Below, one piece after another: positions 37,945 to 50,541 of a stretch of 64,000 bases of DNA. Source of the stretch: a virus (lineage: Duplodnaviria; Heunggongvirae; Uroviricota; Caudoviricetes). The stretch lies in IMG/VR virus record IMGVR_UViG_2718218139_000001. One strand, 5' to 3'. How positions within the stretch are numbered: position 1 is the first letter of the stretch; each line of letters starts with the position of its first letter. The notes under the pieces were generated by a model that worked only from the letters and a program-made list of their open reading frames with translations, made no database searches and was not told where the DNA came from. The position numbers and the translations under genes were made by a program.

Positions 37945-38087
37945 GATGAAGTGCAGCTCTTTGAAGCAACCAGAAGATAAGCATCTGGCTTCACAACATA
38001 AACCGCAGGAACGACCAATAAACGGTAGTCCGTATGGAGAACACCCCGTTGAGGAAGAGGCCTGGCCGGAACCGTAACCGGCACTAC

Positions 38088-38176
38088 AACGTTGAGAACA
38101 CTGGCGTAACGGGGTCATATCCCAATCTACGAATAAATGTTGCGTTGCAGCGTGACAACCAGTGTTCTCAACATTG
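38088..38176 (+). other. long hairpin presenting conserved loop motif TAACGGGGTCATATCCCAATCTAC
   Basis: 17-bp stem AACGTTGAGAACACTGG / CCAGTGTTCTCAACATTG; motif repeated at 38386. Confidence 0.4.
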
Positions 38177-38370
38177 TGGTGAATGCACAGGCTGATGTGC
38201 CGCAACTACAGTAGTGCGCGCTTTGCGGGGCTTGCTACAACCCTGTGTCGGAGTTCAGCACCGACCATCACAGTTTGATTCTCTGGCATGAGCATAACGC
38301 TGAAATAAGTCCAGTCTGGTGCGGCCCGATCACCCGCCGTTAGCTCCACGAAACGGAGCACGTAACAGGT

Positions 38371-38430
38371 AAGAGCATTCTCCTGTAACGGGTTCATATC
38401 CCAATCTACAGGTCCACCAGGAATGCTCTT
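38371..38430 (+). other. second hairpin presenting the same loop motif
   Basis: stem AAGAGCATTCTCCTG / CAGGAATGCTCTT around TAACGGGTTCATATCCCAATCTAC. Confidence 0.4.
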
Positions 38431-38588
38431 TCCGTTGCGGTGAATGCGGCTAAGCGCACGCGGAACAGTTAAAACAATCCTCCTTAATGGTTAAACATTC
38501 CGGCGTTAATTGTTAACTGGTTAACGTCACCGGGAGGCACTCGGCACCGCAATCTAATAAATATGTCACTTTTATTGAGGGATAACCA

Positions 38589-39023
38589 ATGTTCGGTAAA
38601 TTGTTCGGCAAGAAAGTCGCTTCTGCAAAAGTAGAGCTGAAAAAAGTTGAGAATCGCGATCTGATGGAGGCCATCATCGGTGGCTGTTTGTTGGTGTCTG
38701 CCGCTGATGGTGAAATCGAAAAAGAAGAAACAGCGAAACTTGATCAGCTTGTCCGCTCTAATCCGCGTCTTAGTCATTTTGGTAACGAAATTACTGCAAC
38801 AATTACCCGCTTTACCGAGCAACTGGAAGCTGGCTTCCGTGTTGGTCGCATGAATATCCTTCGCGAAATTGAAGATATCAAAAACGATCCAAAAGAAGCG
38901 GAAGAAGTATTCGTTAACATGCTGACAATTGCAGAAGCGGACGGTGAAATCGAGCCAGCAGAACACAAAGTACTGGAAGAAGTAGGCCGTCGTTTAGGTC
39001 TTCGTGTGGAAGATTATCTGTAA
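38589..39023 (+). CDS. tciA: TerB-like tellurite-resistance protein
   Basis: 144 aa; two TerB-type repeats ..AADGEIEKEE.. and ..EADGEIEPAE.. Confidence 0.7.
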   Translation: MFGKLFGKKVASAKVELKKVENRDLMEAIIGGCLLVSAADGEIEKEETAKLDQLVRSNPRLSHFGNEITATITRFTEQLEAGFRVGRMNILREIEDIKNDPKEAEEVFVNMLTIAEADGEIEPAEHKVLEEVGRRLGLRVEDYL

Positions 39024-39187
39024 TGGCAAGCAAGGCACGTATCGCAATCGCCATTGGTTTTCTCTTGCTGTCCGTGCTGGTGGATTTCACCAGCACAATC
39101 CTGTCAGTTTTATCGGACGGGGCGTTGGTGGCAGTAGCTGTAACATTGGTATGGCCGATATTAAAAACAGCTTCTAAGGATCAGTGA
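39023..39187 (+). CDS. small membrane protein (tciB position)
   Basis: 54-aa ORF, start overlaps tciA stop (TAATG); hydrophobic. Confidence 0.4.
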   Translation: MASKARIAIAIGFLLLSVLVDFTSTILSVLSDGALVAVAVTLVWPILKTASKDQ

Positions 39188-39294
39188 TGGGCTTCTGGGA
39201 TTTTGCTGACAAGCATCCAATTGTTCTCGTTGTCATTGCTGGCATAGTTGTAGGCGGTATTGCTGGCGTCATAGAAGCACTCAGGAAACAGTAA
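39187..39294 (+). CDS. small membrane protein (tciC position)
   Basis: 35-aa ORF, ATGA overlap with previous ORF; single hydrophobic helix. Confidence 0.35.
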   Translation: MGFWDFADKHPIVLVVIAGIVVGGIAGVIEALRKQ

Positions 39295-39297
39295 TCC

Positions 39298-39373
39298 GGC
39301 CCTTTAGCTCAGTGGTTAGAGCTGGCGACTCATAATCGCACGGTCACCGGTTCAAGTCCGGTAGGGGCCACCA
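39298..39373 (+). tRNA. tRNA-Ile2 (CAT anticodon, lysidine type)
   Basis: near-identity of anticodon arm GGCGACTCATAATCGC and overall sequence to E. coli ileX as recalled; CCA encoded. Confidence 0.75.
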
Positions 39374-39615
39374 TATTTGGTTGTAACACGGCGTCTGGCA
39401 CATGCGTCGTTAGCGGTCTGGTGACGTTAAAAGGGGGGAACCTTGCCCCTAGCTCAGGCAACGAACCAGGTAGCCGGAATGTGCAAGCCACCGTTTGTTG
39501 TTTCTCGGGTAAAGGGATTCACCATCCTGGCGATTCGGTGTGACAGCCGGGAAGAGTCCGGCGCATTAATCCTGATTTTCTGGTGATGACTCATATCGTT
39601 AGGAGTGATTTGAGT

Positions 39616-39660
39616 ATGCCGATTATATCTGACATTCAGCACGCCTGGGTGGAGTGCTAA
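39616..39660 (+). CDS. 14-codon leader ORF translationally coupled to ban
   Basis: AGGAG 10 nt upstream; stop TAA overlaps ban ATG (TAATG). Confidence 0.3.
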   Translation: MPIISDIQHAWVEC

Positions 39661-41024
39661 TGTCTGCATCCCCTCTTGAATCCATGCCAAATTCCCTTAG
39701 TGCAGAACAAGCTGTACTTGGTGGCTTAATGCTTGATAACTGCCGCTGGGATGAAGTTGCAGATCGTATAGTTGCTGATGATTTTTATACCAGTGCTCAT
39801 CGTGAAATTTTCAGTGAGATGGAGAGGTTATTAAGTCATGGCAAACCGATTGATTTGATAACACTTGCTGAAGCACTTGAACAGAACGGTAAATTAGAAC
39901 GCGCCGGTGGTTTTGCGTACCTTGCGGAGATGTCAAAGAACACGCCCAGCGCGGCAAATATTTGTGCTTATGCGGATATCGTTCGTGAACGCGCGGTTGT
40001 TCGTGAAATGATTTCCGTCGCAAATGAAATAGCCGAAGCTGGATATGCGCAGGATGGCAGGGGCAGCAATGAATTGCTGGATATGGCCGAGCGCCGCGTT
40101 TTTGAAATAGCTGAAAAACGACAAAAGAGCGGTAGTGGTCCAAAAGATATCGCCAGCATTCTCGATGCAACGGTATCTCGCATAGAAGAGTTGTTTCAGC
40201 GACCACATGATGGTGTAACGGGGCTTGATACGGGATTTACCGATCTCAATAAGAAGACGGCAGGGCTTCAGCCGTCCGATCTCATCATTGTCGCCGCCCG
40301 CCCATCTATGGGGAAGACCACGTTTGCGATGAATCTCGTCGAAAATGCCGCAGTCCGTAACTATAAGCCCGTATTGGTTTTTAGCCTTGAGATGCCGAGC
40401 CACCAGCTGATGATGCGCTCACTGGCTTCTCTTGCACGCGTTGATCAGACTCGTATTCGAACAGGGCAACTTAACGACGAGGATTGGGCGCGGGTTTCTG
40501 GCGCAATGGGGATTCTGTTGGACAAGCAAAATATTTTTATTGATGACTCAAGCGCCCTGACACCTACAGAGCTTCGTTCCCGCGCTCGTCGTGTTTATAA
40601 AGAAAATGGTGGTTTGAGCATGATTATGATCGACTACCTGCAACTTATGCGCGTCCCCGAGCTGCAAGATAACCGAACGCTGGAAATTGCCGAGATTTCT
40701 CGCTCACTGAAGGCTTTGGCGAAGGAATTACAAGTACCGGTGGTGGCATTGTCACAACTTAATCGTTCACTTGAACAGCGTGCGGACAAACGACCGGTAA
40801 ATTCAGATTTACGTGAATCAGGAGCAATTGAGCAGGACGCAGACCTGATTATGTTTCTGTATCGCGACGAAGTTTATCACCCGGATAGCGAAATGAAGGG
40901 CATTGCCGAGGTAATTATCGGAAAGCAACGAAATGGCCCAATTGGCACGGTGAGATTGGCTTTTAACGGCCAATACTCACGGTTTGATAACTATGCCGGT
41001 GCTGACTGGAAAGAGGATTATTAA
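39660..41024 (+). CDS. ban: DnaB-family replicative helicase Ban
   Basis: ORF track 39654-41024; DnaB N-terminal and RecA-like Walker motifs (ARPSMGKT). Confidence 0.85.
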   Translation: MSASPLESMPNSLSAEQAVLGGLMLDNCRWDEVADRIVADDFYTSAHREIFSEMERLLSHGKPIDLITLAEALEQNGKLERAGGFAYLAEMSKNTPSAANICAYADIVRERAVVREMISVANEIAEAGYAQDGRGSNELLDMAERRVFEIAEKRQKSGSGPKDIASILDATVSRIEELFQRPHDGVTGLDTGFTDLNKKTAGLQPSDLIIVAARPSMGKTTFAMNLVENAAVRNYKPVLVFSLEMPSHQLMMRSLASLARVDQTRIRTGQLNDEDWARVSGAMGILLDKQNIFIDDSSALTPTELRSRARRVYKENGGLSMIMIDYLQLMRVPELQDNRTLEIAEISRSLKALAKELQVPVVALSQLNRSLEQRADKRPVNSDLRESGAIEQDADLIMFLYRDEVYHPDSEMKGIAEVIIGKQRNGPIGTVRLAFNGQYSRFDNYAGADWKEDY

Positions 41025-41047
41025 TGCAATGGAATGAGGAAAAGCCG

Positions 41048-42022
41048 ATGAACATCCTGATCATTGGGCGAAAATTTGCAGCCATCAGTGATGTGAAAAC
41101 ATATACGGAAATGTGGTCTTATAACCTGGCCTGCGCCTTTAGTGAGGCAGGGGTAACATTGCAATACCATCGTCCATATTCCCCTGGCGTCGAAAGCCCC
41201 GAGGATTATGTTGAAGCTGTGTTGACTGCTGCGACAGCATGTTCTGCGAAGGCCATTTTGGCACCAGGATTGAGGTATTTTACTACGGTACCCAGGGAAA
41301 TAGGCATGCAACTGTGTCGCCGATTCTCTGGATGGGTAGCCCAGGTATATGACGGTTCTATGCTGGATTCGGCACCAGTCGATATTACTTTTACTGTCCG
41401 CGATGATACCTGGCGGTACCTGGATAATCCCGGTCGGTTAGAACGTCATAATCGCTTTAACAAACATGTTGGATGGGCAGCGAATCAGGAGCTGTTCCAT
41501 CTGGAAACCAAAACGGACGATGTTCTGCGTATTTTTGTAGACCACGCTGCATTTGATGTTAGTGGTTTTGATCACTCCTTAAGTATCCTTATGAACCTTC
41601 AGCGTCTGACCGTTCCGTATGAGGCCAGAACGTTGACTGATGACGGATTGGTTACCATTGATCCGGGGAATATTTCGGTAACTCCATACAGGCGGACGCC
41701 GGTGCCAGCAACCGAATTTGCAGCTGAATTGCGTAAGAGTGACGTTTTTATCGTTACGCATCCCGAAAGCCTTGGATTAACTGTACTTGAGGCGGCAATG
41801 TGCGGGGCGTTGGTATTAACGCCTCCCGATTGCCTTCCGCCAGATCGCCTGGCTTTGGTGAACCATATGGTTATCAAGTCGCGGATTGATTGGGATGAGG
41901 TTATTGCTCGCGTTGATCGCGTGAAAAATGCTGAAAAGGTCCAGTGTCACACCTGGTCGGCAATTGCGGAAAAGATGCTTGAGACGTTTATCACGCAGAA
42001 ACCGTCGTGCGGTAACGGATAA
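41048..42022 (+). CDS. GT-B-like glycosyltransferase family protein (P1 Dbn position)
   Basis: ORF track 41024-42022; start at ATG 41048 after GAGGA; C-terminal DVFIVTHPESLGLTVLEAAMCGALVLTP resembles GT1 motif. Confidence 0.5.
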   Translation: MNILIIGRKFAAISDVKTYTEMWSYNLACAFSEAGVTLQYHRPYSPGVESPEDYVEAVLTAATACSAKAILAPGLRYFTTVPREIGMQLCRRFSGWVAQVYDGSMLDSAPVDITFTVRDDTWRYLDNPGRLERHNRFNKHVGWAANQELFHLETKTDDVLRIFVDHAAFDVSGFDHSLSILMNLQRLTVPYEARTLTDDGLVTIDPGNISVTPYRRTPVPATEFAAELRKSDVFIVTHPESLGLTVLEAAMCGALVLTPPDCLPPDRLALVNHMVIKSRIDWDEVIARVDRVKNAEKVQCHTWSAIAEKMLETFITQKPSCGNG

Positions 42023-42045
42023 AAAATTGAACCCGTCATAACAGA

Positions 42046-42068
42046 AAAGCCCGAACGCCGGGCTTTTC

Positions 42069-42070
<2 letters not shown>
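42046..42070. terminator. bidirectional rho-independent terminator
   Basis: AGCCCG-AACGC-CGGGCT followed by TTTCTT, between convergent operons. Confidence 0.6.
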
Positions 42071-45215
<3,145 letters not shown>

Positions 45216-46433
45216 TTATCCTTTCCGTTTACGGGCTTCGTTAATTTGTGTCTCAAGAATGCTTCGCGCCTGCGCAGTGGCAGCGGCCTTGTCCATTCCC
45301 TGACTCATGAAAAACTTTATGAGGTTGTTCGCCTGCGTTTGCAGGGCTTTTTTGAGAGCGTCGGCTTCAGCGCGAGCCTGGGCTTCCCTCACCCGCGATG
45401 CTTTTAGTTCGGCATTCTTCCTGTTTGCCGTGGTGCGAGCTTTTTTTAACAACCGGCGAACGTTGTCCGTGGCGCTATCTTTTGCGCGTAGTTTTTTGCC
45501 TAATGCATCCTGAGATTTCAGATACAGCTCATACTCACGCGCAGCTTTAGCCTGATCCGTCGTTGTTGTCCGGTTGCGCGCGAGCGATTTAGCCAGTTCG
45601 CCTTTGAAATAGGTTGTTGTCTTCCGCTTGTCATCGCCGAAGGCTACCTGTTCAGCTGCTTTTTCCAGGGCAATAATGATGGCCTTGTGCCATGTGGGAG
45701 ACTGAAAACGCGTCATAGCGTGCAACACATGTTTGCAGGCCACACCAGTCAGATCAGGGTTGCGGATCTTGGGGAATGCATACTCTTTTGGCGGCGCGAC
45801 AGCATAGTTACCAGCCGTGGCCATATAACGATACCAGTATTGATGGCGTCCACAATCACAGTCGAAAGATACCCGGCCCTTGCAGAGATCGGCAGCGATT
45901 CGGGCTTTTTTCGCACCGTCTTCAGCAATTTCCTCAACGGCTTTATCCCATTCCTCAAATCGAATTCTGACACGGTGATGCTGGTGGACCGACTCATCCG
46001 AGGCATTAACAGATATCAATGCAAGGTTGTGTTTTAGCCCGAGGAATGTCGCGGCTTTGATCCCTGTGCCATCAGAAACTTTGTTGTTAGCGCGTTTTAT
46101 ATCAATGCTGGTGGACTGCGCCACCAGCTGAGCATAGGTAATGCCGGGTACCGTGCTCTTGAATTTGGTTTTATGAGCCTGCCTTGAGGTGTTGAAACTG
46201 CGTATATCTTCGGGCGTAAAGTAGGTGCCATCTTTCTTTTTCCCAAGGCTGAGGAATGCCTCAAGTTCGCGGTTACGCATCCCCATAATCCTTGGGGTGA
46301 GTGTACGTCGCGCGTTTCGCCGATTCTGACGCTGCTGTTTACGGATAAGATCGAAGACCTTGTTAAAGTCTTTTGCACTTAATCCATCAGTCTGATAGCG
46401 ACCAAGGTTGTCGCGAGCATATTCAGTTGGCAT
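45216..46433 (-). CDS. late protein with SWIM-type zinc finger and basic C-terminus
   Basis: ORF track 405 aa; CDCGRH..CKHVLH. Confidence 0.45.
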   Translation of the reverse strand: MPTEYARDNLGRYQTDGLSAKDFNKVFDLIRKQQRQNRRNARRTLTPRIMGMRNRELEAFLSLGKKKDGTYFTPEDIRSFNTSRQAHKTKFKSTVPGITYAQLVAQSTSIDIKRANNKVSDGTGIKAATFLGLKHNLALISVNASDESVHQHHRVRIRFEEWDKAVEEIAEDGAKKARIAADLCKGRVSFDCDCGRHQYWYRYMATAGNYAVAPPKEYAFPKIRNPDLTGVACKHVLHAMTRFQSPTWHKAIIIALEKAAEQVAFGDDKRKTTTYFKGELAKSLARNRTTTTDQAKAAREYELYLKSQDALGKKLRAKDSATDNVRRLLKKARTTANRKNAELKASRVREAQARAEADALKKALQTQANNLIKFFMSQGMDKAAATAQARSILETQINEARKRKG

Positions 46434-46442
46434 TCATTTCCC

Positions 46443-46820
46443 TTACGCAATGGATAATGTCCCTATTACCTGGCCGTCGTATTGGAAATGGCGAATCATT
46501 TCGCGGATCCAGGTGGCAGGTGGGAGTTTTAATTTTTTGCCAACAGTCATACCCTGAGACTCATCCTCAAGCCCGGCGGCGAGCGTCACAACCCAGCGTA
46601 GCTCTGCTATGCCCCACATACGGTAAGCCAGCAAATCCGGGCGATATTGCTCATCGGGAAGAACGTAATAAATCGTCAGATTCTTGTCGTTCGATTCACA
46701 CATAAGCATCACCTCTTTGCGTAGCTCTGCCCTGAGTATTGGATCGGCTATGTTGCGGTCGTCATACCGCGTCAGAGGATATTGCCGGGTGCTTTGGGTT
46801 GTAGTGATTGATGTAGCCAT
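46443..46820 (-). CDS. first gene of baseplate-type late operon
   Basis: ORF track 125 aa preceded by late-promoter motif. Confidence 0.45.
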   Translation of the reverse strand: MATSITTTQSTRQYPLTRYDDRNIADPILRAELRKEVMLMCESNDKNLTIYYVLPDEQYRPDLLAYRMWGIAELRWVVTLAAGLEDESQGMTVGKKLKLPPATWIREMIRHFQYDGQVIGTLSIA

Positions 46821-46849
46821 AGTCAGCCTGCCAGAAATAGATGATGGTG

Positions 46850-46871
46850 ATTCTACCGCTAGTCATTTGTT
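46850..46871 (-). promoter_or_regulatory. late-promoter-like motif (AACAAATGACT-N5-TAGAAT)
   Basis: motif copy about 30 nt upstream of ATG at 46820. Confidence 0.4.
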
Positions 46872-46892
46872 GATTATTTAACTCAATAAAAG

Positions 46893-46909
46893 AAAATTAT
46901 TAGTGCAAT
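46893..46909 (-). promoter_or_regulatory. C1 repressor operator (15/17, inverted)
   Basis: AAAATTATTAGTGCAAT upstream of early operon starting 46967. Confidence 0.5.
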
Positions 46910-46966
46910 TTTGATTGTGAAATGTATCATTCTGCCCTTAAGTAGGTTCTTCACGAGGAAACAAAA

Positions 46967-47212
46967 TTGGCAGAACGTGTTGATGATGCAGAGCTGAGCA
47001 TGAATCAGTTAGAAGCTCTCAAAGACATGGCCATCGATAACATCAGAAAGCAGGCACAGGTCGTGAGCCAGGTATTTACAGGGAAGTGTCGTTACTGCAA
47101 TGAATCGATTGAATCAGGCATTTATTGTGACGCTGAATGTGCGCAATGGCACAGGGAAGAGCAGGCTGCAAAACAGCGTAAATATGGCATGCGACCGGCA
47201 GGATTTGACTGA
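46967..47212 (+). CDS. small C4 zinc-finger protein (TraR/DksA-like)
   Basis: ORF track 81 aa; CRYCNE..YCDAEC. Confidence 0.5.
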   Translation: MAERVDDAELSMNQLEALKDMAIDNIRKQAQVVSQVFTGKCRYCNESIESGIYCDAECAQWHREEQAAKQRKYGMRPAGFD

Positions 47213-47214
47213 TT

Positions 47215-47793
47215 ATGTTGCGCTTTACTGAGGAAGAGTTTCAGGCTTTTAGTGAGCGTCGAAATAAGGGGCGGTCCAGGCCAAAAACCAAAAAGGATCC
47301 ATTCTTATCGCTTGCGCCGGTAAAAGAAGTTTCTCCACATGCGAAGGCACTTGCAGCACTGGCAAAGAACCCCGACCTGCGCGACGGAAATTGCGAGCAC
47401 TTCGAGCAGGTTTTCATTTTTGATTACTTCGAACGCAAGCACCCTGACATCTATGAGCTGTTGCATGCAACGCCTAACGGAGGGAAACGTTCAAAAGCAA
47501 CCGCCGGGAAAATGAAGGCTGAAGGGCAGAAAAAAGGTTATCCGGACATGAGTCTCGATAAAGCATGCGGTATTTATCACGGCATGCGAATTGAGCTTAA
47601 AGAACCAAATGGTAAAGCCCCGACGAAAGAGCAGATCGCCTGGATGCGCAGGCTTAGAGAGGAAGGTTACTACGTCGTTCTTGCGTATGGTGCAGAACAA
47701 GCGATAACCGCCATCCTGGAATACATGAGCCTTAAAAAGGGTGAGGCTATTGAGCATGTATTGAACGGTGACAAGTGGTTGTTCGCTACGTGA
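47215..47793 (+). CDS. VRR-NUC domain nuclease
   Basis: ORF track 192 aa; ..GYPDMSL..GMRIELK..AWMRRL..GYYVVLAYG. Confidence 0.55.
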   Translation: MLRFTEEEFQAFSERRNKGRSRPKTKKDPFLSLAPVKEVSPHAKALAALAKNPDLRDGNCEHFEQVFIFDYFERKHPDIYELLHATPNGGKRSKATAGKMKAEGQKKGYPDMSLDKACGIYHGMRIELKEPNGKAPTKEQIAWMRRLREEGYYVVLAYGAEQAITAILEYMSLKKGEAIEHVLNGDKWLFAT

Positions 47794-47859
47794 AATAATA
47801 AATTAATTAGTGCATATGTGTTCTTTGATACAGCGCACATTAACATCGGGAGAATAATC

Positions 47860-48015
47860 GTGTCATCCAAGGCTAATTATGAATCGCTGGCATCGATCAT
47901 GCCGCGTAATGAACAGGAAGCAGATGCTGTAGTGGACCCGGTAATCGCTGAAATGAATGCTCGCCTGGAGGCTGAATTTGCAGCTGAGAATGAACATACC
48001 ACCCAGGGCGACTAG
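47860..48015 (+). CDS. small hypothetical protein
   Basis: ORF track 47818-48015; alternative GTG 47860 after GGGAGA. Confidence 0.3.
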   Translation: MSSKANYESLASIMPRNEQEADAVVDPVIAEMNARLEAEFAAENEHTTQGD

Positions 48016-48619
48016 GACTGTTTTTTGTGTCGGTAGCGGTCCGTCACTCACTCGTGAGGACTGTGCTGCTATAGAAAAAACTGGCTGTTCAATCATCGCG
48101 GTTAACAATTCCTGGCAGATGTTCGATGACATTTATGCCTTATACGCCGGTGATTTGTCATGGTGGAAGCAATACGGATCCACCATACCGGGAGGGAAAT
48201 TCCGCAAAGTGACAGCCAACCTGGCGGCGGCGAAATCATTTTCGTTGGAGTACAGGCGATATTGTGGACCGGCGGAAGGGGTAAATAGCGGCGCGCAGGC
48301 TATCAGTCTGGCTGCTGAATCAGGGGCTGAAGTAGTTGTATTAGTCGGCTATGACTGTTCTCTGCAAAACGGCCTTCATTGGCATGGCGCGCACCCTCAA
48401 GCCCTACGGAATCCAACGCAGGTGTCTATTTCAAAATGGCAACAGCAGTTCCTGGATACCCGCAAAAAACACGCAGATTTACATATTTTGAATGCAAGTA
48501 GGAGCAGTGCAATTCAATGTTTCCCAAGAATAAATTTAGAGGCAGTGATCGCGTTATTATCGTCGGCAGTGGCCCAAGCGCCGCAAACTTTGTTGCGCCG
48601 CGCGGAGTGCCGATTATAG
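47990..48619 (+). CDS. CstII/DUF115-like putative glycosyltransferase, paralogue A
   Basis: ORF track 47957-48619; motifs VGSGPSL, IIAVNN, NSGAQAISLA..VVLVGYDCS. Confidence 0.5.
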   Translation: MNIPPRATRTVFCVGSGPSLTREDCAAIEKTGCSIIAVNNSWQMFDDIYALYAGDLSWWKQYGSTIPGGKFRKVTANLAAAKSFSLEYRRYCGPAEGVNSGAQAISLAAESGAEVVVLVGYDCSLQNGLHWHGAHPQALRNPTQVSISKWQQQFLDTRKKHADLHILNASRSSAIQCFPRINLEAVIALLSSAVAQAPQTLLRRAECRL

Positions 48620-49143
48620 CGGTCAATGGGGCCATCGACTGGCTGAACCGCGCTTCTTATTTTTTCACACTTGATCCATCGCCAGACAATATGCGGCGCG
48701 TTGGTCGTGGCCGCCGTCGCCGTGGTGTTTGTTATTGCATGGCACTACCCGATGTTAAAGAACGTGAAGTCAGAGACGGCGTTCTGTGCTTCCGTCGTGT
48801 GGCTGATCGTGGCATGGAGCCAAAAAATATGAATTCTCCCGAGTGGTGGGCGTGGCGCTGGTCCGCACATTTCGGACTTTGCGAAGATGAGAATGAAATT
48901 GCCAGCGGCAATAGTGCATATGGCGCTCTGAACCTGGCTTTCCATATCGGATTCAAACATGTCGCCCTGGTGGGCGTTGACGCTACACAAGAACCACGCG
49001 TTCACTCCGGCGGCACGCCAAAAAATCTAAGTCACCTGCCTTTGTTATTCCAGTCTGCGCGTGAACAGATTGACGTTGTTTCATGCGGGAAAATGGGAGG
49101 TATTCCGCAGATGACTCTTAAAGAATGGCTGAAGAATACATGA
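48517..49143 (+). CDS. CstII/DUF115-like putative glycosyltransferase, paralogue B
   Basis: ORF track 208 aa; motifs [33 protein letters not shown]. Confidence 0.5.
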   Translation: MFPKNKFRGSDRVIIVGSGPSAANFVAPRGVPIIAVNGAIDWLNRASYFFTLDPSPDNMRRVGRGRRRRGVCYCMALPDVKEREVRDGVLCFRRVADRGMEPKNMNSPEWWAWRWSAHFGLCEDENEIASGNSAYGALNLAFHIGFKHVALVGVDATQEPRVHSGGTPKNLSHLPLLFQSAREQIDVVSCGKMGGIPQMTLKEWLKNT

Positions 49144-49817
49144 TGGCACCCACAATTTATCACCGTATCGACGGTACCAAATACAGGAATGTCTGGGTTG
49201 TTGGTGATCTGCATGGTTGCTACACCAGACTGATGTCCGAACTCCATCGTGTGGATTTTGACCCGGCGCAGGATTTACTGATATCGGTCGGCGACCTTAT
49301 CGATCGCGGTACTGAAAATGTCGAATGTCTGGAACTATTGCAGATGCCCTGGTTCAGGGCAGTGATGGGGAACCATGAGCGGCTGATGATTGATGCGTTA
49401 AGTCCAGATGGCAACGTGAATAACTGGCTAATGAATGGCGGACAATGGTTCTTCATGCTGGACACTGATCAGGAAATATTAGCCTGGGCGCTGGTGGAGC
49501 TGGTAAAGCGTCTGCCCTATATCATTGAGTTGAACACCGGGCAAGAAACTATCGTTATAGCCCATGCCGACTATCCGGATAATGAATACCAATTCGGTAA
49601 GGAGGTGCCGCTTTTCAACGTTGTCTGGGCGCGCGAGCGTATCAGTGATTCGATGGATGATATTGGTGGCGAAATTTCGGGCGCAGATCGTTTTATCTTT
49701 GGTCACACTCCGGTGAAAAGCCCGAAGACATTCTGGAATCAGCAGTATATCGACACTGGTGCCGTATTTTGCGGAAACCTGACATTGATGAAAGTGAAAG
49801 GTGATGGTGCAGCATGA
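49125..49817 (+). CDS. ppp: Ser/Thr protein phosphatase (lambda-phosphatase family)
   Basis: ORF track 230 aa; GDLHG, GDLIDRG, GNHE motifs. Confidence 0.75.
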   Translation: MAEEYMMAPTIYHRIDGTKYRNVWVVGDLHGCYTRLMSELHRVDFDPAQDLLISVGDLIDRGTENVECLELLQMPWFRAVMGNHERLMIDALSPDGNVNNWLMNGGQWFFMLDTDQEILAWALVELVKRLPYIIELNTGQETIVIAHADYPDNEYQFGKEVPLFNVVWARERISDSMDDIGGEISGADRFIFGHTPVKSPKTFWNQQYIDTGAVFCGNLTLMKVKGDGAA

Positions 49818-50515
49818 AGATTGCTTTAGTTTTTCGCTCTGGTGGTGACTATAACGCTTCCGATGTGCAGTGGCTGGTTAATCAACTGCCAAAAGGCTAT
49901 GAAATTATTTGCCTGACAGACCTGAAGCGTTTACATGTACCTGGCGTCAAAGTTGTCCCATTGATCAACCAGTGGCAAAAGTGCCGTGGCTGGTGGGCGA
50001 AAATCGAGTTGTTCCGACCGGATATAACAGATGATCTGTTCTATCTGGATTTGGACACAGTTATTGCCGGTGATATACGCCCAATCCTTGAGAATCCACC
50101 AACCAGCTTCACCATGCTTAGGGATTTTTACCATCCACAATATCGTGGTAGCGGTGCCCTGTGGATACCAAATAGTGTAAAAGCGCATATCTGGAGTTCA
50201 TTCTGGCAAGATCCGGAAGGTTGGATTTCTCGTTGTGTCACTACTGAGTGCTGGGGTGATCAGGGGTTCTTACGGAAGGTTATGGGCGATGATACACCAG
50301 CATTTCAGGATCTGTATCCAGGATGGTTTGTAAGTTACAAGGCCGATGTTGTGGAACCTGGTTCAAAATATGCGAGCGCGCGTTACTCCAGGGGGAATGG
50401 GGCATTACCAAAGGACTGCCGAATAATCTTTTTCCACGGCAAACCGCGACCTCGCGAAGTGTCAGAGGATTGGCTTCCCCTTATTAGCTCGTTTTTTGAG
50501 CGAGAATCAGAATAA
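49814..50515 (+). CDS. putative GT-A type glycosyltransferase (DxD motif)
   Basis: ORF track 233 aa; YLDLDTVI. Confidence 0.4.
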   Translation: MKIALVFRSGGDYNASDVQWLVNQLPKGYEIICLTDLKRLHVPGVKVVPLINQWQKCRGWWAKIELFRPDITDDLFYLDLDTVIAGDIRPILENPPTSFTMLRDFYHPQYRGSGALWIPNSVKAHIWSSFWQDPEGWISRCVTTECWGDQGFLRKVMGDDTPAFQDLYPGWFVSYKADVVEPGSKYASARYSRGNGALPKDCRIIFFHGKPRPREVSEDWLPLISSFFERESE

Positions 50516-50516
50516 T

Positions 50517-50533
50517 ATTGCTCTAATAATTCC
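50517..50533 (+). promoter_or_regulatory. C1 operator (14/17), left arm of operator-terminator-operator unit
   Basis: ATTGCTCTAATAATTCC starting 2 bp after stop codon. Confidence 0.5.
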
Positions 50534-50541
50534 ATATTTTT

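Noticed and set aside
36996-38397. ORFs overlapping the tRNA genes and hairpin elements (36996-37277, 37247-37489, 37531-37740, 37637-37819, 37740-37946, 37828-38205, 38206-38397)
   Set aside because: They run through or antisense to tRNA genes and structured repeats and have no start context; likely non-coding.
38553-38569. Possible C1 operator upstream of tciA
   Set aside because: Only about 11/17 match to the operator consensus (core CTAATAAAT present, flanks absent); could be an ordinary AT-rich promoter element.
47799-47815. Possible inverted C1 operator before the small ORF at 47860
   Set aside because: 13/17 match only; not distinguishable from background AT-rich sequence without binding data.
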